This document shows positions 1 to 13,511 of a DNA stretch of 64,000 bases, one piece after another (position 1 is the stretch's first letter; every line of letters starts with the position of its first letter). Origin of the DNA: Amphiscolops sp. MND2022 (taxonomy: Eukaryota); the NCBI GenBank assembly GCA_964187785.1, contig OZ076413.1:48300001-48364000 (forward strand), read 5' to 3'. Under the pieces are notes generated by a model that ran no database searches, was not told the DNA's origin, and worked only from the letters and a program-made list of their open reading frames with translations. The translations under genes and the position numbers were made by a program.

Positions 1-429
1 CTGAGAACCAAAGTCAATATCATATTTTTCAGAAATGTCGGTGCTATATAATGTTTTATTTTTATTGTGCGAATTGAATGATAGTTTTTATATGTTACAA
101 ATTCAAAGGAGTTTTGTAGCGAAGAAAAAAGAGAATGGAAGCGCGGAAAAAAATAATGTGAGGAAGTGCGAACTGTGTGTAAAATTTTGTACCAAATTGA
201 AAAGTTTTAGGAGTTAAGATGAAATGAATGATACCTTTGTTTTGAGTTCAAAAATGTACCAAAGTAGCCATTGTCCAATTTTGTACAAAAAAGAAATTTG
301 TATTACCTGAGTGATGATTTTATTGAAGATTAGTTTTTTGAAAAAGAGTTTTCCTTGATTCTAAAGCAGATTGGGTTGGTTGAGATGATTGTGTTATACG
401 CTGTCAATGTAGATCAAGTGGTTGAAGGA

Positions 430-1400
430 GTTTTGATATTCTGTCATAGCAGTGAACGAGATGGGTCAAGTTGTGATAGGTGAGTTAAATGGATTCCGTT
501 AGTGCGGATCCAACAGTTGTGTGATATCTCGAAGAATTCGATTGTTCAACATGTTGGGAAATTTGTCATTAGTATTTTGAGAATGTCGTGTAGGAGATTT
601 GTGATCAAAGTAAGGTGTTTTGTTTTCCGTTTGAACCATAAAAGAGATAATTTCTGCAGAAATGAAACGAAGTTCATTAAAGGAGTCTTATTGTTCTGAA
701 AGAGCGGTATAGTAGGATGTATCGTTATCGTCCAAAGAAAAAACAAGGTTTTTTAATGACAGCAAGAGGTTTGACGATTTGAGGTCAAACAGGGCAACAA
801 AAAGACGTCGAAATGTATGAGATATTCTTGAGGTACTATTAATGGTCGAGGTGTATCCTTGTGAGGAAGTAGGAAAAAGTATTGTTTTATGGGATCATAG
901 TTACGAAGATGTCCCGTGATATTTGAGTGATCAAAAGTGTACAAATTGTTCATTGTGAAAAGCGAAGTGTTTTATAGTTCGTGAAAATGTAGTTCTAAGG
1001 TTTTTTATGTTGAAGGAACTTGGTGTATCTCATATGATGAGTAGCTTTTTGTGCAAATGAGAGAAAGGAAGTATCGTTTTCGTAAGTTTTTAAATCATAT
1101 ATTCATGGCCGAATAAAGTTGAATTGAATTGAAACTTTTTTGACGCTGTTGTCCAGCCATTTTTGGAAATCTTGACTTTTATCATAGAGTTTAAAAGTGT
1201 AGTCTGTTGGATGCATATAGAGAGAAGTTAGCAGAAGGTATTAGTAATCGATGTTCATCGCGAGTTGTAGAAAGTGAAAGTTTGGAAGGCGGATATATTG
1301 GTGACGAAGGAAACGCAGGATCTTTAATATATTCGTATATTTTTGGCGGTGACAGGAAAGTTAGTTACAAGCGTTATTTGGAGTGAAAAACTTTTATGTC
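430..1400 (-). pseudogene. Accessory ORF-X of copy A (unknown function)
   Basis: Fragment LYTFDHSNITGHLRNYDPIKQYFFLLPHKDTPRPLIVPQEYL (753-953) matches B about 53030-53110 and C about 59290-59380. Boundaries are approximate. Confidence 0.75.
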
Positions 1401-1449
1401 CGAGGAGTGGTCTGCACAAGAGAAGAGAAAAGTCAGAATGACCTGAGTT

Positions 1450-4110
1450 TAAAAGATAATGGAGGAAAAGAGTAATTTGTTTTTGACTACACTTTGACAA
1501 GACTGTTCATTCTGTGGTAACTATGACATGATTGGTATTCAATGGATATTCATTAGGATTTATTGTGACAGATGAGTAATGTGGTAATGATGGGTTTGGT
1601 ACTGATGAAGTATTGAAGTTGGAGTTGTCATTATTAGTTGTACGATTAATGGTTTGTTTGTGTTTAGGAGGAAACTTAAATCGTGTCATTTTGGAATTTC
1701 AGTTTGGACGTTTTGTAAAGAAAAGTGGTGGTGATATAATTCCAGTTCGATTTGAAAGAGTATTTGGTTGATCATCAGAAATATTGAAGGACTCATCTAA
1801 GGGGTTTTCAGTGATGGTTGAAAGTTGTTGTGAGCTTTTGATGCGTCTATTCGACTGAGCAGCTTGTATATCATTCACTATTTCTGTGGTGAGAATATTG
1901 AAAAAACCATTTGCAATAGAACTGAGAACTGTTATATTTTGCTTAGGAAGATATTTTATAGAAGTGGTAATGTTAAGTTCGACAAGAAGAGTTAACACAG
2001 TTTGTACAAAAAGAAATGTAGAAAATAAGATTCCACATTATGTCAAACTGTAACATGGGTTTCGAAATAATGAAATGAATGCATCTGAGAACCAAATTGG
2101 AGTTAAGAGAAGAGTCAGAATAATTAGTTTATCATGAAGTCCAATTCGTAATGTGTTGTATGGATTATCTAGTGGAGAATTTGCATCATAGTCAGGTGTA
2201 TTAGAAGAAAAAAAAAGAATAACTACGAGCGTTTCCTAAAAGTTGTAATGTAGTATCGGGGTGTTTTGAAAAAAAGAAACGATTCCAAAATTGATCCAAA
2301 ATAAATACCAGCATCTTGGGCTGTAAAAGTGTTAGGACGTACTGTAGTTTCAGTTTGGGAAGGTGTGAAAATAAATGGAGGTTTTTGTTTTTTGGGTGCG
2401 GGACCAAGAATATAGAAATCTTGATTATCAGAAGCTGGGTCAAGTTCAATAATGTTTCTTGGAATATTTTCCATGTGATAGGAGTTGCATAATCATATGT
2501 CTGTCTTGTAATAGGATCTACGTACATAAGGTGATCTTTGAAGTTTATAGGAATTCGATCGAGACAACAATCAGCTTTGTATAAAGGAGGAAGGAAGAGT
2601 GGACAATTATAAAGCCATGCAGTGGCGCTTTCTAATTAAAGAAAGTTGATGCGATTTCCTGTTAGAAGTATTCCAGCACGTTGAAGACTTTGTACAGACA
2701 TTGCAAGTCTTTTAAGAAGTTGATTTCGTTCTAATTCGCATACCATTTGAAGAGTGATTAAATCTTGTACTGTCATAGAGCGAAAAACATGGTTAATAGT
2801 GAAATCAATATTTGTATCTATATGTGCATCATAATCTATTGTTGCAAAGTTGTTAGAAATATTTAAAGCTGAAAAACATTTAATAATGGGACTGTTCAAT
2901 TCTAGTTTGGCAGAGTTCTATTCATTTATCATAGAGCATCATAGAGCGAGGATTCGGTTGTCCTGTATGCATGTTGAAACCTCCGATATATGTTGCAAAA
3001 AGGTCAGAGTATTGAGTTAAAGATAGACGGCCGTGTTCACCACAAAGCGTTTGAGCGTTTGGAAAAACTTGGAATTGTGAGATTTGAATTGTGTGGGTTT
3101 TGTGAACGTGGAGCGTGTACATAAGGGTATGGAGTGCTTTTGATACCAGGAGAGGCTTCAAAATGCTTTGGTATAGAAGAATGTACGAAAGAATTTCTTT
3201 CTATCCAATAGCGTTCCTCGATTTTTGTCATTCGTCCAACAAAGTCCTGTATTGTAAAAATGAGACAAAAGCCATCACTGAAACAAACAAGTGTGTAAGT
3301 AGTTTTAGTTGTCGGTTTACAGAAAGCATCTGCAAAGTAACATGGCAGTGTGTGTCCATCAATTATCATAACGTTTTTGTGTCAATATAAAAACGTCCAA
3401 TTTTAGAAACTGCAAGTCTCCAACAGACTAAATTAACTTCAAATTGATGATGGGCAGGACAGTTTTGAAGTGGATTTCTGAGTGGATCAGAAATCCAATT
3501 TTTAGTAGCAGGCATAAAGGTAAATGTACCAGCATGTATTTTGGTAAATTGATAAGTAGTGAAAAGAGTTTGAAGTCGTTCTAATTGTTCTTGAAAGTAA
3601 TGGTATACTAAAAATGTAAAAGTTTTATTACTTTGTAAATTGTTCAGTGTTTTGTTATTAGTACCATTAGGGTGTCTAATGAAGTTTTTTTTCATTCAAG
3701 AGGATCAGGGGTAACAGGAAGTGGCATAGTGTTATGGTTCCAAACAGTCCTGTCACCTCAACTTGTCTGTATTTTATATTGCTTAGAAAACAAGTCTTTG
3801 GTTCTTTTTTGGCATAAGCTTCACAGTTGAATGCTTTAATACATTAAGCTTTCGCTCCGTACATAAGCTCGGGCTTGAACTATTGCATGCTGTATATTAG
3901 AATACTTTGTATCACATTTAAAAGGTTATATTGACTAAAGTTATGTTGTTTATTACAGTCACAATGAGAACCATGAGGTTTATAAAAGTTGGATCGTCTG
4001 ATGGAACATAGCGATTTGTAGCTGTTGGTGTAATAGGGATAGAGGATCTCATAGATATGAGTACTTGAAAGAGTTGTATATTTGATATTAAAGGAGAAGT
4101 TTGTTCTTTG
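1450..4110 (-). pseudogene. env: env-like glycoprotein of copy A, frameshifted
   Basis: Fragments DGHTLPCYFADAFCKPTTK, NNFATIDYDAHIDT and MYVDPITRQTYDYATPI match the 675-aa ORF at 61027-63054. Confidence 0.85.
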
Positions 4111-5100
4111 AAAAGAAGTAGTGTATTTAAGAACGGAATATGGAGTGTAAGAGATAATTTTGCCATATGCTAATCAGGAAGTTGAGGGTTAAAATCTACA
4201 TACGTGACTTCAAATGGAGCAGTTGTCCTGTGTTCTATTTTGGCGACGTGAAATTTTGGATGGGGGTACACCTTGAAAAAAGATTTTTAACTTCAAACAT
4301 TAACTCTAAGTTGAGGTCTTGAAGACATTTTATTTCTATTTCTTTTCATTTATGTGGAACTGAATCGACTGTAGTAATAAAGCATTCTGTAAGAATGGGA
4401 AAACTAGGGTCGTTCTGAGGATCGCAGATAGTTCTACTGTCAACACGTATCGGACACTCTGCAAAATTTGGAATTGGAGGTCTTGAATTATCTGATGTGA
4501 AATATTCAAGATCTTCTTACGCGTGGAGCAACAGGGGTAGGTATAAGAACTTCAGAGAAAAGATTGCCTGAAAAGTATGCAGTTTGAAAAGTATGCAGAA
4601 AAGCGGTGTCAACAACTGATGTAAAATATGATTGTAGAACAAATTCTGAAGAATGTGTATCAGAAAATAGTGGTTGAGCGTGCTGTCTTACAAGACGTAA
4701 CGCAGAATTACTTGGAAAGGCTGAAAAGTTAATTGTTGAAGTATCAGTACTGAGTCATCCTGTAGGATAAGGTCTGAGGTTGTATCTATGTTGAGGAATA
4801 AGAATTAAACTGGTAGATTCTTTTGATATATACTCAGGTATATCAGTATATATTCAGGTGAGGTGTCTAAAAGATTTGATAGAGACGTAGAGTGGCGTCT
4901 AAGAGGTTTGAGAGGAGGATAGTTTTTAGAATTGTTTTTATTTAGAAGATTCCAATTCAGACGGTAGTTGTGGTGAAGACAAAGGTGAGTATTCTTTATC
5001 GGTTATCTGTATAATATCTAATTGAGGTTGACGACCAGATGTTTCGATAGCTGTTCGTTGCTTATATTCAACAAATTTTGCAACAGTTTCTGGATTTGGG
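4110..5100 (-). pseudogene. ORF-Y of copy A (between pol and env)
   Basis: Minus-strand reading RPPIPNFAECPIRVD...HRTTAPFEVTYV...LPD*HM/YGKI is homologous to 48943-49251 and 63057-63659. Confidence 0.65.
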
Positions 5101-5115
5101 GACGTGGGAAAGGTT

Positions 5116-8100
5116 TCATTTTAAGACAAGTTTACCAATTGAAAGGGGTTTTCCTTCATGAATGGTTTTTGTAATGTATGCCTTAGAGATAACTTTTCGA
5201 ATTGCATAATCATAAACTGTATTATAAGGTTGTAACATTGCAGATTCGAAAGAAAGAAACCATTGAGGAAGAGGTTTCGAGAGTGTCTCATAGAAAAATT
5301 GGTTAAGGTCAGTTTTGTCATGGTGAGAACGTTCAGGAAGTTGAGAATAGTATTTAAATATGCAGGTTTTTGTTTTGTCATGATGGAGGTTTAAATCAAA
5401 AGTGAGTGGATTTTGAGGACGAGTGTGGAATACGATTTCGTGAGGGGAAACATGTAATGCAGAGTGTGGGTGTGAGTTGTTTGCATAAGCGTACATTTAG
5501 ATATGCCCAATCTATGGGAATGTTTTGAAGGAACATACATAGATGTGGACCAGATTTTTGTTTTGAACTTCAACTAGACCATTGGTCCAAGGTGAATATG
5601 GTGTTCGAGGTGAATGTCGAATTCCCATGAGTGCCAAATCATCGTTGATGTATTCTGATCCTTGACCAGTAACAAGGTGAAGCGGAGGGCCAAATTTTAC
5701 AATCCAGTGATGGAGAAGTTTCAACAGCGGGTTTAGCTTTTAGCGTTGTTTGATTTTTCGTCCTTTTGTATCCATTGAGATTCTGTGATTAAAAAAAGGA
5801 ACATGTTCGGAACAGATATTGTATGTGCAGTTTGTATTTTCATATTGAAGTGTTTGTTGCGTTGACATTCGAGACAATCATGAATTAAAATGAATAACCA
5901 TTTCTCATGAAAAGGAAGGTAGTAATATTGTGAAATTTTATTTTAGGTAATTTTTATACCAGTATGACAATGTTCGTAGAGTTTGTCGAAAGCAGTTTTC
6001 AAAAGTCTGAAAGGAAGGCGAAGTTTAATAGAACTATATTTTATAGTTGAACTGGTATTAGGGTGTGTTTCATAGAAAACTCGTTCTTTGTAGAAAGACT
6101 AAAAAAGATTGTAGAGTTTTCAAAAAATAATTGTGAAAAGATTTTGTAAAAAGCGTGTAAAAAGGGAGTTCCAGGTATTAAGAGTGTTAGGGGTTCAGGA
6201 TTTTAAATTTGGTGCTAACCAAGAGTAGGCTGTTTTCAAAACTGGATCTTGGGATTATTGTTAATTGGTAGTGTGTAGATCTTATGAGAATTCACTGGGA
6301 AGAAAAAAAACTTGAAATTAATTCTTGTATTTGAAAAATGATGGATCATAGAAGGGTATGATTTGTGAACAATGTGTAGAAGATTTTGTAGTACTTTGTA
6401 CATCAGTTTCAGAAGTAGATACAGTGTTTCCATTAGTTCCCGGATTGTTGAGAATGGAGAAAATTTCACCAGAAAGAGTAGGGTGTGAAGTGATAGGTGT
6501 CTTTTTGAATCCGTGTGTAAATACGATCTTCGTCATCATTTATAGAACCAGTGTTGTTTAATAGAAGAGATTGTTGGTGGAGAGATTTGTTGTGTTTTTA
6601 GGTTCTTAAAAACTTGTTTGGAAAAGAGTAATAGATTTGAAAGAGAAGGAATCAATACGTTCGACAACAATATCTTTTTCTTTATCGTTAATGTGTTTTG
6701 TAAATTGGTCTCTATCATGGTCAGCGAGAAAAAAAGGTGAGAATCGTGTTTTCGATGAGGTAAAACTTCTTCGTGTTCAATTAAGTAGTGTACAGGTTTT
6801 AGAGTGTTGCTTTGTAAAATAGCAAAATAATCATTTTGAGGTGGAAATTGTTCGTGTTTGAGTTGATTTTGTCTGGAATTCAGTATTGGTAAGACATCTA
6901 CTAAGCATATCTGCATCGGAAAGATTTTTTCCAGGTGTGTGAATGATTTTAAGTATTGAAAACTTTGTTAACTGCATTTTTGCACAATAAATTGTGGACG
7001 TAATATGGGTTTTTTCGTAAAACAATGTAGAAGAGGTTTTTGATCAGTGAAAATGTGAATTGGATGTGGGGATCAAATGATGAGAACTTCGTAAATTTCA
7101 AGAGCATGTACTATACCAAGAAATTCGCGATCAATTATGGAGTGTTTTTGTTCTTGAGGGTTCAGAATTCGAGAAATGTAAGAGATTACTTTCATTTTGT
7201 TTTCTTCATTGAGTTGGAAAAGTACAGCGCCAAGTTCAAAAAGTGAAGCGTCAACTGAATAAAAAATTGGTGTTTTGTATTTGGGATGGTAATTTCTGTA
7301 TCTGAAGTAAGAGCATTCTTTAGTTGTTGGAAAAGACGTTCGTGTTCTTGTGTCTAATTCCAAGGAGTGTTTTCGTGTAGAAGATCATATAAAGATTCAA
7401 GATTTATGGGGAGTTTTCAATGAAGTTTGTGTAGAAATTGAGTGCGCCAATAAAACTCATCAAGGCTTTTTTTTCCAGTGGGAGAAGGAATTTTATGATT
7501 AACGTCGATCTTTGAGTGGATAGGTTTGATGGTATTGAAACCAGTTCCGTGTCCAAGAAATTTGTCTTTCAAAAGCATGAAAAAGACATTTTCAGGAGCA
7601 AAATTAAGGTTGTGTTCTGTGCCTATTATAAGAAGTTGTTCACCAAGTTAGAACATGTGTTCTTTTGAATTGGAATGGAGAAGATATCGTCAATATTGAC
7701 TGGAGCAAAACATTGTTTTGTAAAAGTTTTGAAGAAAACTGACATTTGTTTAGTGAAAAAAAATTGGAAAACGTTTGAGACCGTAAAAGCCTCTGATGAA
7801 AGAGAAGAATTTGTCTCCGAAAGGAAACATTGTAGGTTTTGTAGTTTCTTCGTCGAGAAGTGTATGTGCATAAGCATACATGAGGTCTATTGCACATTTG
7901 TACTTTTAATTGGCGCATGTGATTCGATAAGCCAAGATTCATCTGATTGGTCTGTATTTGAATTAGGATGTCTGGCATTCAATACACATTTGATGGAGTT
8001 TCCTTTCGGTTTGATACCAAGAGGGTTCAATTATGTGGTTCCTCATATAGGTTCATCATGTGGAGAAGAACCAATTCGTTTAATAATGTTATGCTTTTCA

Positions 8101-9200
8101 AGTTTTTTAGGAAGAGCAATGACTTTGTCACGATAATGTATGTTTGTCACTTTAGAAGGACGTTGGGTGATGAGTTGAGCCTTAGGTTTGAGTCTTAGTC
8201 GAAATGCAGTTGCCATTTACTCGACATTATTTTTATGTGTAGCATAACAATTTTTTAAATCGAGTAATAAATTACAGAGCCTTACATATTCTGTACCAGT
8301 GTGGTCAGAAAATTGGAAATTATATTCATTATTGAATTCGAGATTTTCTTTGGTATATTGTGATGAAGGAAAAACTCGAGGTTTTGAAGTATGAGAAGTG
8401 GACTGTACATTATAGAGAGAATGGTTATTATCACTTTATGTAATTTTGTCATAACAACATGGTGTAATGAGAAGCTTTGAGGAAAATGTGTTTCGTCCTT
8501 GTATTGTACTGTATAATTTGTTTGTGGTTTAGGTTCAGTCATATCAGAATAAACGTTCTGTACCAAGGTGTTAATATCAATAACTCGATAATATTTTGGT
8601 TTTTCATTAGCGACAGAAACTTTTATGTAGACAATACGTCCTGTAGGCAAAGTGACAAATTGATCTGTAGAGTTTTGTATGATTGTTGGCACAGGTATCA
8701 GTTTTATCATCGGTGAGAAGTTCAAAAAAATCTAATGTCGTACGACATTTAGTTGAACAATATCTGTGTGGAACTGTAGGAAAAAACTGATTTTCTGGTG
8801 TTGTAGAGAAATGAAGGTTGTAATAATTTTTAATAGGGTTGTGTGCAATTTTGTAAGAGTTGGGTCTTAAACGAATTTGTGTTTTGAATTGATTCTATTT
8901 ATGTATGAGAAATGTGGGTAATATTTAAATGGGGGTGATGTAAAAATTTGTGTAATTTGGATGAACTTTCGATTGGTGCTTGAATTGTAGTGTACTGTTT
9001 TGGATGTTAAAGTTTTACATATATTCTTTGGAAAATGGTGTACCAAGAATGTTGTATTTGACATCTGTTACGGCAAATAGAATTATGAATCGGCGGAAAT
9101 CATCTTCGATAGTTGTAATTAGTGTAGGTGTAATATCAGTGTAGGTGTAAAATAGGTGTAATATAATGTAGGTGTAATGATGTAGAGCGATATCTATTTC
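5116..9200 (-). pseudogene. pol: pol of copy A (RT, RNase H, integrase; protease active site and IN C-terminus deleted)
   Basis: Motifs NIDDI (RT), VDAS...DREFLGIVHAL and ADMLSR (RNase H), and GQGSEY...PWTNGLVE (IN core). Many frameshifts. Confidence 0.88.
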
Positions 9201-12161
9201 GTGAATTGTAACTACTGCGTGATGTACTCCCACTTCGATATCTGTTAGGAAGTTCGTTGAGTCGTGTACCATGTCTGTTTGTTCTGTCATTAGAAGGAAA
9301 ACGAAAGTACTGTGCAATAGACTTTTGAAAAGATTTTGATTTAGCATAAGCTTCTCGTTTATCTTCATCATCGCGTTGTTTTTTGAAACAAGCTGAGATG
9401 GAATGATTTGTTCTGTGACAATAGAAGCAATGTTTTTTAAAGGTTGGTTTTGTTTTGTTATTAGGGTCTCAAGGTTGTGTAAACATAATTTGATCAGGTT
9501 GTGATGAATCTAGAGATTGTGTGGAATTGTTTTTTGATAATTTTGAATTCAAGAGTGAGGTCATGTGTGCGTATTTTATCGTCAGCTATTTCCTCAGCGT
9601 CAACAAGTTTTACCAATGTATGAATAGGAATAGAAGGTTTTAAAACAGTAGAGGTATGATCCATGCATTTTTGTTGGCAAAGTCTTTGAGATTTTTTGGA
9701 AGTCCTTTCGTGAAAATTTGAAAATTTCATTACAATTCAAGTTGATTGTTGATGCATTCTCATTACACCAGCCTTTTTCAACCAGTCGTTGAGCTTTAAG
9801 AGCAAAGTGACAAACGGTTTCATTGTCGTTTTTGACAAGATGAAGGGCGTCAATTTGTACGTAATAAGCGTTTTTTGTGAAAAGGATGGTTTTTGAATGC
9901 TTGTACAATAGAGTGCCAATCTTGTTCATACGTATCATTCAAACGAGTGGACCAACTGAGAGCTGTAACAGTTAGAGAACAATGTATAAACGCCATTCGG
10001 CGTGCGTGCGAAAATTTGTATTCAAGAGTAGTTGTAGGTTGTAAACCTAATGAAAACGTAACATGTGCCTCAATATGTTGTAAATTTTCTTCAGCTGTAT
10101 AATTATGATCTGAACTATCGAATGGTTTGATCGGATAGATGCAGAAGAATTTATATAGGTTAGATTTGATAATGTAAGAAAAGGTATTGCAGATGAAAAC
10201 ATAATATGATAAGTAGTAACATTAGAAGGAGCTTGAGGAATATTAGAGACGTTTGAGTATAGATTGCATGATTATATGGATATTTTCGTATTGTACTTGT
10301 GGGAATGTTTGTTTGAAAATGTGCACTTTGTTTTGTATTGTGATGTGCAGTTATTGAAGATGACTGAATATTTGCATAAGTACTTGTTAGGTTGTACAAT
10401 AGTCGGTTATTTTGAGTAGTTGGTAATGGGGGTCTCGATAAATTACGAGAGTTTTGATAAATCTTGGTAAAGTTTGATAATGAGTTTGTCTAAAGCGTAT
10501 TGATAGTTAAAAATAATTGTGTGTTTTGAGTACCTGAGGTTTGAGCAGGTGTATATTGTAATGTTTGAAGAACAGGTTGTCTTGTTGGAGTTTTTTTTGA
10601 AATTGAGATTGTCGTGGAAGTTGTATTGTACTTTTGAGAGCATTTGAAGAAGTTTATTCAGGAGAATCATGCGGAACTGTATGTGTTGAATTTTCTGACG
10701 GAAGAGGCGGTGGATCAAAATTTTGAGGTATTGTTTGTCGAGTTTGATGTTTTTGTGTATTATTTGTCTTTAATGTAGATAAAGTAGATGCATCATCTTG
10801 GTTAAGACTCCTATTGTCATTTTCTGTAATCTGTCTTACAGCGACATTAAGTACATAAGAACCTGTCGTAACTGTAAGACTGGGTGGTTTCGTAATGGTT
10901 TCCTCCAAAACCTCTGTAATGTTTTGCATAGGATGGGTGTTCTGTTGTTGATCGGCTGTAAGATTTTCATCTTGTATTAAGTGTTGTTCATGAAGATTGT
11001 TTTCGTTTTCATCTTGATTTTCTTGTACTATAGGATGGTTGTATTGTGACGTAATAATGGAAAACTTATATGGTCTACTGTCAGATGTTTCAGAGTGTTT
11101 TAAAAAATCATCGTTGAGTATTGTGGGATCTGAAGGAGGCATGGGAAATGTTAAAAGATCTTTGTATGAAGCGTGTTTATTTTCGTTTTTTATGATGAAC
11201 AGTAAACGTTCAGTATATGTAAGTACTTGAGGAAAATTGATATGTGTAGATTTATCTTTTTGTTCACATAATAATTGATAGTTAAAAGTAAAAAAATTTC
11301 AGAATAAAGAGAGAAAAACTTTGATTTGTGGTATTGTGTCTTCGTCGAGTATAATATTCTGAAAGAATTTGTACTGGAAGTGTGTGTGATGTAAAGTATC
11401 ATGTTATAACCAGTAATGTGGAATTTCATGCCTTGCTATTTTTGTTTCAAGATCTGGTACCCTAAATTATTCATGTTTTTCCTTAAGACTTTCTAAGTGA
11501 AAGGTTCGATATACGGGTGAGTCTAAGTTTTCATTGTTCTCTGATAATTTGTCGATGAAATGGGTGAAAACATCTTGAATAGATGATGTTGTTTTTTGTG
11601 GACATATTGTTCTATAGAAGGTTCCTTTATTGTCTTGAACTGGGTTAAAAATAATTTGGAAAGGTTGTTGCGATGGAGTCACTTCTAAAGTTGTCGTCTA
11701 AAGTAGAATAGATAAGAATCTAAATGATCTCTAAATAAAGGTATGGTATGGATAGAAGGTGCTTCTGTTTCAACTGGAAGTGGATTTCTGTAATGGAAGA
11801 TGATGTAATTTAAAAAAAGGTGTTACATCTTGTGTAAGAGAACGTATGTGTCTATGTTGGGATGACAGTTGAAATGGTGTTGGAAGCATTGTGTTTCATC
11901 AAAAATTTTAGTTTTGTTTTGTAATATTCAGTCAGAAAGTAAGGTGTTCCATATGGGAAACAGATATTGAGTAATTAGATGTTTTGTATTGAATTGGATA
12001 GCGTATGAAAGGTTTAGATCTACAAAAGCAAATCGAATGAAAATGACAAGTTTTGGACAAAAGATGGGTAGTAATTTGTTAGATGTAAAAGAAATGAGAG
12101 TACAAAAGGCATAGTATATTCCCAAAAGTCCAAAGAGAAGCAGTATTATACTATAGTTCAT
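9200..12161 (-). pseudogene. gag: gag of copy A with long N-terminal extension
   Basis: KNAYYVQIDALHLVKNDNETVCHFALK matches the B gag capsid region. The upstream 2 kb is homologous to B 32460-34500. Confidence 0.78.
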
Positions 12162-12676
12162 AAGGAGTTTGAGGCTTGTGAATCAAAAGTTTGAGTGTTT
12201 TTTATGAAAAACTAAGTACTGAAGGGTTAAAATTTGGGTAAAAAAGTACCAAAAATCTGTCAAAAAAAAGGCAAGACCAGCGAGTAATCCAAGTTAAAAC
12301 AAGAGGCAGATTTTAAAACCAGCGTACAAGTTCGTCAGCTGAAGGCATTTACAAAAATTTTTAGGTTTAGATTTTGTACGTTTTGTTTTTGATGTATTCT
12401 GAAAGTATTGTATTATTTTTGTCGAAAATTAATGTGATATAGAAGTTGATGTTGTATTATTATGTCTGAAATAGGAATGAATTTTGTATTATATTTCTAT
12501 CCGCGGGACTGTTTTAGAAGGAAAAATGTGAATAATTCGGATGTGTTTGGGTACAAAAAGGAGTAGGAAAAGAAAGAGTGTTTGCATTATGGTGTGTCAA
12601 CTCGTTTGAGTTATCCTAGCGGCTAGAACCAAAGTCTTTTTACTAGCAGAAATCACAGGATAGCACTGCAGAGAAA

Positions 12677-12939
12677 CCAACACGTATCGCACGTCTGCGG
12701 TTGGAACGTTGAAAAGAAATTCCAACACGAATCACTAATGAAGTAATTGGAACGAAGAAGATGTCTACCAACACGTATCACTGTGACAGTGGTTGGAACG
12801 GAAGAGAATTTTTTACCGACACGAATCACATTTTTTGTGGCCGGAACGAAGACGAAATTGACTGACAAAAAATACGTTAAAGGACGTAGACAGAACCATA
12901 CCAACAGGAATCAATTTTCTAGCAAAATTGGTTGGAACG
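12677..12939 (-). repeat. Leader array of five bulged hairpins (copy A)
   Basis: Five minus-strand units of CGTTCCAAC-stem/loop-GAT(A/T)CGTGTTGG with variable loops and spacers. Confidence 0.85.
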
Positions 12940-13080
12940 ACAAATTAATAGCCATGTATGATAGAGAAAGGAAGTGAAAGTATGTGTCGGACAAAGAAAT
13001 AGCGAATGAAAACGTTGAGAATTGATGTACAAAAGGAATGCATTTGAAGTACTAGAGGAAGAGAATAGATTGTTTTTAAG

Positions 13081-13090
13081 GTCGCACCAA
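13081..13090 (-). promoter_or_regulatory. Primer binding site of copy A (TTGGTGCGAC)
   Basis: TGG motif directly after the LTR-terminal CA. Copy B has TTAGTGCGAT at the same position. Primer tRNA not identified. Confidence 0.65.
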
Positions 13091-13091
13091 T

Positions 13092-13511
13092 TGAGCTATT
13101 CAAGACTTTATTGATTTTTTCTTTGTTCCAGTTATTGAGAACATAACAAGTTTCTCAAGTCCCAAAAACAACCGTAACGAGTTAGCTAGCTATCTTTCTA
13201 TTTCTGTTATTCTGAGATCTCAGTTCTTCAATCTCTTCAAGATGAGAGCACTGCAGAATTACAAGATTTGAGTTACTTTGAGTATTTAGTTTCAGTGACT
13301 ACAGAATTACTGAGATTAAATATACATCAAATCATTACAACATGAAGACGATGAGATTAATTCTATATTGAAATCATTACAAAATGTTAGCATCCTATTG
13401 ATGAAGTGTTAACTTCTGAGTAGAGTGACATCTGTTGGGTTATTAGGTCAAAAAGTTCAATTCTACTTCGAGAATATTGCAATGCTTGATGACATGCATC
13501 ATGACGTCACA
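13092..13511 (-). repeat. 5' LTR of copy A
   Basis: Minus strand starts TGTGACGTCATGATGCATG (compare B LTR TGTGATACCATGATACATG) and ends CA before the PBS. The partner LTR is not in the window. Confidence 0.7.

Larger units (their letters stand above)
1..13511 (-). mobile_element. Giant env-bearing Ty3/Gypsy-like LTR retroelement, copy A (degenerate; 3' end beyond window)
   Basis: Minus-strand fragments of gag, RT, RNase H, integrase, env and ORF-X are collinear with and homologous to copy B. 5' LTR and PBS lie at 13081-13511. Confidence 0.9.
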
